In this document: positions 60,820 through 64,000 of the stretch, piece by piece | Layout of the letters: the number at the start of each line of letters is the position of its first letter | Numbering within the stretch: position 1 is the stretch's first letter | NCBI GenBank assembly: GCA_053919585.1 | Contig: CM132792.1 | Strand: one strand, 5' to 3' | DNA length: 64,000 nucleotides | From: Euprymna scolopes | Taxonomy: Eukaryota | Translations under genes and position numbers: made by a program | The notes under the pieces: model-generated | Seen by the model: the letters and a program-made list of their open reading frames with translations, nothing else | Told to the model about the DNA's origin: nothing | Database searches by the model: none

Positions 60820-62131
60820 CTAGCATTTAAGTCCGGCGTTGTCCGGGTGTTTGATGATGCATGTTAAGCAAAAAAAAAAAATAGCGATCAATTTTTTTTT
60901 AAATTTAACATTTATTGTTTTGGACTCAAATTAAGTTATTAAGTTAGATGCATATCCAAGGAACCTATATCTAAAATTTCAAGTGTCTAGACCCAAAATT
61001 TTCGGGGAGTTCGGTAGAGTTCTCAAAGGTCAAATTGTTGAACTTTGATCCCTTAATAGCCAAATTTTTGGCCAAAAACCGATTACAAAGATTTTCCCAA
61101 ATCTCAATACCCTGTATATCAAATTTCGAGTCTGTAGACTGAAAATTGACAGTTATTGCGTAGGGAAATGTACACAGACAGAAAGACACACACATACACA
61201 CACACACACTTTCACTTTTATAGATATACTAGCATTTCAGTCCGGCGTTGCCCGGGTGTTTGAATGTGTATGTTGAGCAAAAAAAAAAAAAAGTGGTAGT
61301 AGGAAGGCAGGCTCGAACCCGTACTGCAAAGGAGGAAAAGAGCGGGGAAAAAACCCTGACGTCTTTGCGGTTACGACCACCGCCAAACCTGAAGTGACGT
61401 AGGTTTAAATTAAGGCTAGATAATCGAAAGGAGAGGCTGACTTTCAAAAATATCGGCGAAAAAGGAGACCCCCCCTATTGAAAAGTGCCAAGTTGAAGAT
61501 ATTAATGTTTTTAGCCAATGTTTCGATATTTATCGTCTGAAAGGTCGAACTTCAAAACGATACTGATCTGGAGAAAATCCGTCGCCTCTGTCGAAAGTTT
61601 TAGGTAGACATGCAAACATACATACATACATACATTTATATATTGGTAACTAAAAATTTCCGATGCAAACCGATTAAAAAGCTTGCCCTATCTCTGAATA
61701 CCCTTTATGTAAAATTTAAAATGTTTAGACCAGAAATTGTCTGAGTAAATTGGTAGAAACCGCAGAGGTAAAATTTATTTTTAACTTTGATCCCTATTAT
61801 CACCCCTTAAGATTTATTGTTTGGGGCTCAAATGAAGTTATTAAGTTAGATCCATGTCCAAGCAACCTATATCTAAAATTTCAAGTGTTTACACCCAAAA
61901 TTGTCGGAGGAGTTTGGTAGAGTTCTCAAAGGTCAAATCGTTGAACTTTGACCCCTTAACAGCCAAATTTCTGGCCGAAAATGGATTACAAAGATTTTCC
62001 CAAATCTCAGTACCCTGTATATCAAATTTCGAATCAGTAGACTTTAGATTGAGAGTTATTGTGTAGGGAAATGTACACACAGACAGACACCTAGATACAG
62101 ACAAGTTATCTTTTATAGATAGATAGATAGA
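60820..62131 (-). mobile_element. Helitron stack: H2 (60820-61224), H3 (61229-61645), H2-derived (61660-62131)
   Basis: ACTAGCATTT.AGTCCGGCGTTG.CCGGG at 60819 and 61228; bodies match 27183 and 15396. Confidence 0.85.
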
Positions 62132-64000
62132 TTAAGCAAAAATATATACGTCTACATAAATATATATGGAAACAATTTTGTATTTACTGTAAGCTTTTTA
62201 TGCAAATATTATGCAAGTATAAATCATGTAGAATATCTGCATGAATATAATTACACGTAATAGTTAACTAAAGATGATCATCCCATAAGAAAACCGAAAA
62301 AACTAATAGGGAATTAATTAAAATGAATGTTTAAAAGAATATGCAAATTAGCTAGATCTTTTGCTAGTGAATGCAATTACAGAACCTATATATAAGGAAA
62401 TTGTATTTTCTTTTTAAATAAATAGAAAAGAGGGTTTTTAATATGAATAGCAATGCACACACAAGAAAAACGAATTTATAAGAGTACGAGAAATATTTAA
62501 TCTGACTCCATTGGTTATCCTGATTTTAAAATAGAAACTCGTGCCCAATTAAATGTCTACAATGGATCTACAAGGATCTAGACAGTCTAAGAAATTATGT
62601 GCAGTCACGGAAATTACACAGGAAGGGTTGATATGCCGTAAAATAACCAACTCAAACTTTCTGTATATTTTTTTTTCTTTTCATTTGTTTAATTCTCTTT
62701 GAGCTTCTTCTTTTCCTACAATTTAACAAATGTGTTATCTCTCAGCTAAACCACTTGCTTTAAGGCCTGCAAACATGCCAGCCCATGAGAGAATCTACAG
62801 AAATGTCAGAGAATATGCATCACAATCCATTAATAATATGATTGTCTACTCACGATGCGTACACGTGCTTATTCTTAGATGTTATATCAAGTGTCTTTCG
62901 GGGTATCTTCCTCAAAGAAGAAAAATACTATCTTTGGCAATTACCCCAGGTTGATGCCTTGTGTGTTTTATTTTATTGTTATAGTTTTTTTTCTAGTTTT
63001 ATTTTTATTTTTTGTTAACTTTTTTTCATTTGCACACGATTTCTGTAAAGATATAAAAGCTAGTTACCAAAAAGATTTAATTTATTAAGTAGTGCTTGAC
63101 AGATGCGAGAAGAAATATCAGTAATTTGATGCAATTGATTTTGGAGAAAGAACTCACTTTTTTTTTTTCTCAATAGAATCTCAAGAGAATAACCAAAGGG
63201 TGAAACGAAGGGGAACACAATATGTTTTATTGAAATTTCTGCAGAAGAGGATGAGAAAAAAAAAAGATGCAGGTGGATAAGGAACATGTGAGGGGGGGCG
63301 GTAGGCGAAAGGTGACGAAAAAATCCAGTGACTTGATTTGTTCTTAGGAAATGTCAAATAATTTACTCTGTCAAGAAACCGAGTTTTTTGTTTTGTTTTG
63401 TTTTTGCATTAAGGTTCTCCATAATAAAAGATGGAGAAGGACGAAGGGAGTTGTAATTAATTTATTTATGAGTTGGTTAATACTTCGCTGGCATACAGTT
63501 CTGAGCGTGACTTTGGCGGACAGGTTTCTATTATGTCTTGACAAAAATCTTTTAGTTTCAAAGAATTCATAATGTCACCGTCGAATAATCAGTGTATTTC
63601 CTTCCAGTCTTCTTTGGCTTTTTTTTTTTTCAACCTTTTCTGATAAAATTGTCTTCCATAATAAAATAATAAATCAACTTTTGATCTAAGAATATATATT
63701 GAAAAACGCAATTTGCACCGGGTTAGATGTAACACCTGTCCTTTTTTTAAAAAATTAATTTGTGATTGCAGTTTTTTTTTTTTTTTTTTTTTTTTTTTCA
63801 GAACATCCTACCTTCGTTTTTTTTTTTCGTTTATTTCTTTTCCTACTCTTCCTCCTCCCCATCATTGCTTTTTATGCTAGTGTCGTATCTACTCTCGATG
63901 TGTTTTTTTTCCTGTTTGTCTAACTGCGCATTTCGTTATTTCTTTGTCAGATACTCGGCTGTGCTTTAATCTCTGACTCCTCCTTGTAAGACATTCACAT

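Overview
AT-rich animal genomic DNA, intronic or intergenic, almost entirely made of decayed repeats. The SINE and repeat repertoire resembles what I recall from octopus/cephalopod genomes (inference, not verified). No intact protein-coding gene is evident; only a few candidate exons are seen. Contents: a 40-bp minisatellite (1-1988); fragments of Penelope-like elements (PLEs; RT, GIY-YIG, inverted pseudo-LTRs); CR1-, RTE- and R4/Dong-type LINE pieces; mariner, DD37D/maT, hAT and MITE DNA transposons; about 15 non-autonomous Helitron copies or fragments; 5S-rRNA-derived and tRNA-derived SINEs; a solo LTR; and many (TA)n, (CA)n and (CT)n tracts. The most striking hidden layer is about 20 hammerhead-ribozyme (HHR) motifs read by eye. 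Cores look intact at 24743-24822(-) and in both arms of 48538-48721; 52703-52757(+) and 47118-47176(-) have perfect stem I but a flawed stem II. Many HHRs sit in head-to-head fold-back pairs abutting (TA)n. A cluster at 44860-45480 couples tRNA-type Pol III heads to hammerheads, a candidate Sm-alpha-like SINE-retrozyme family possibly mobilised by PLEs. All coordinates were read manually and may be off by a few bases.
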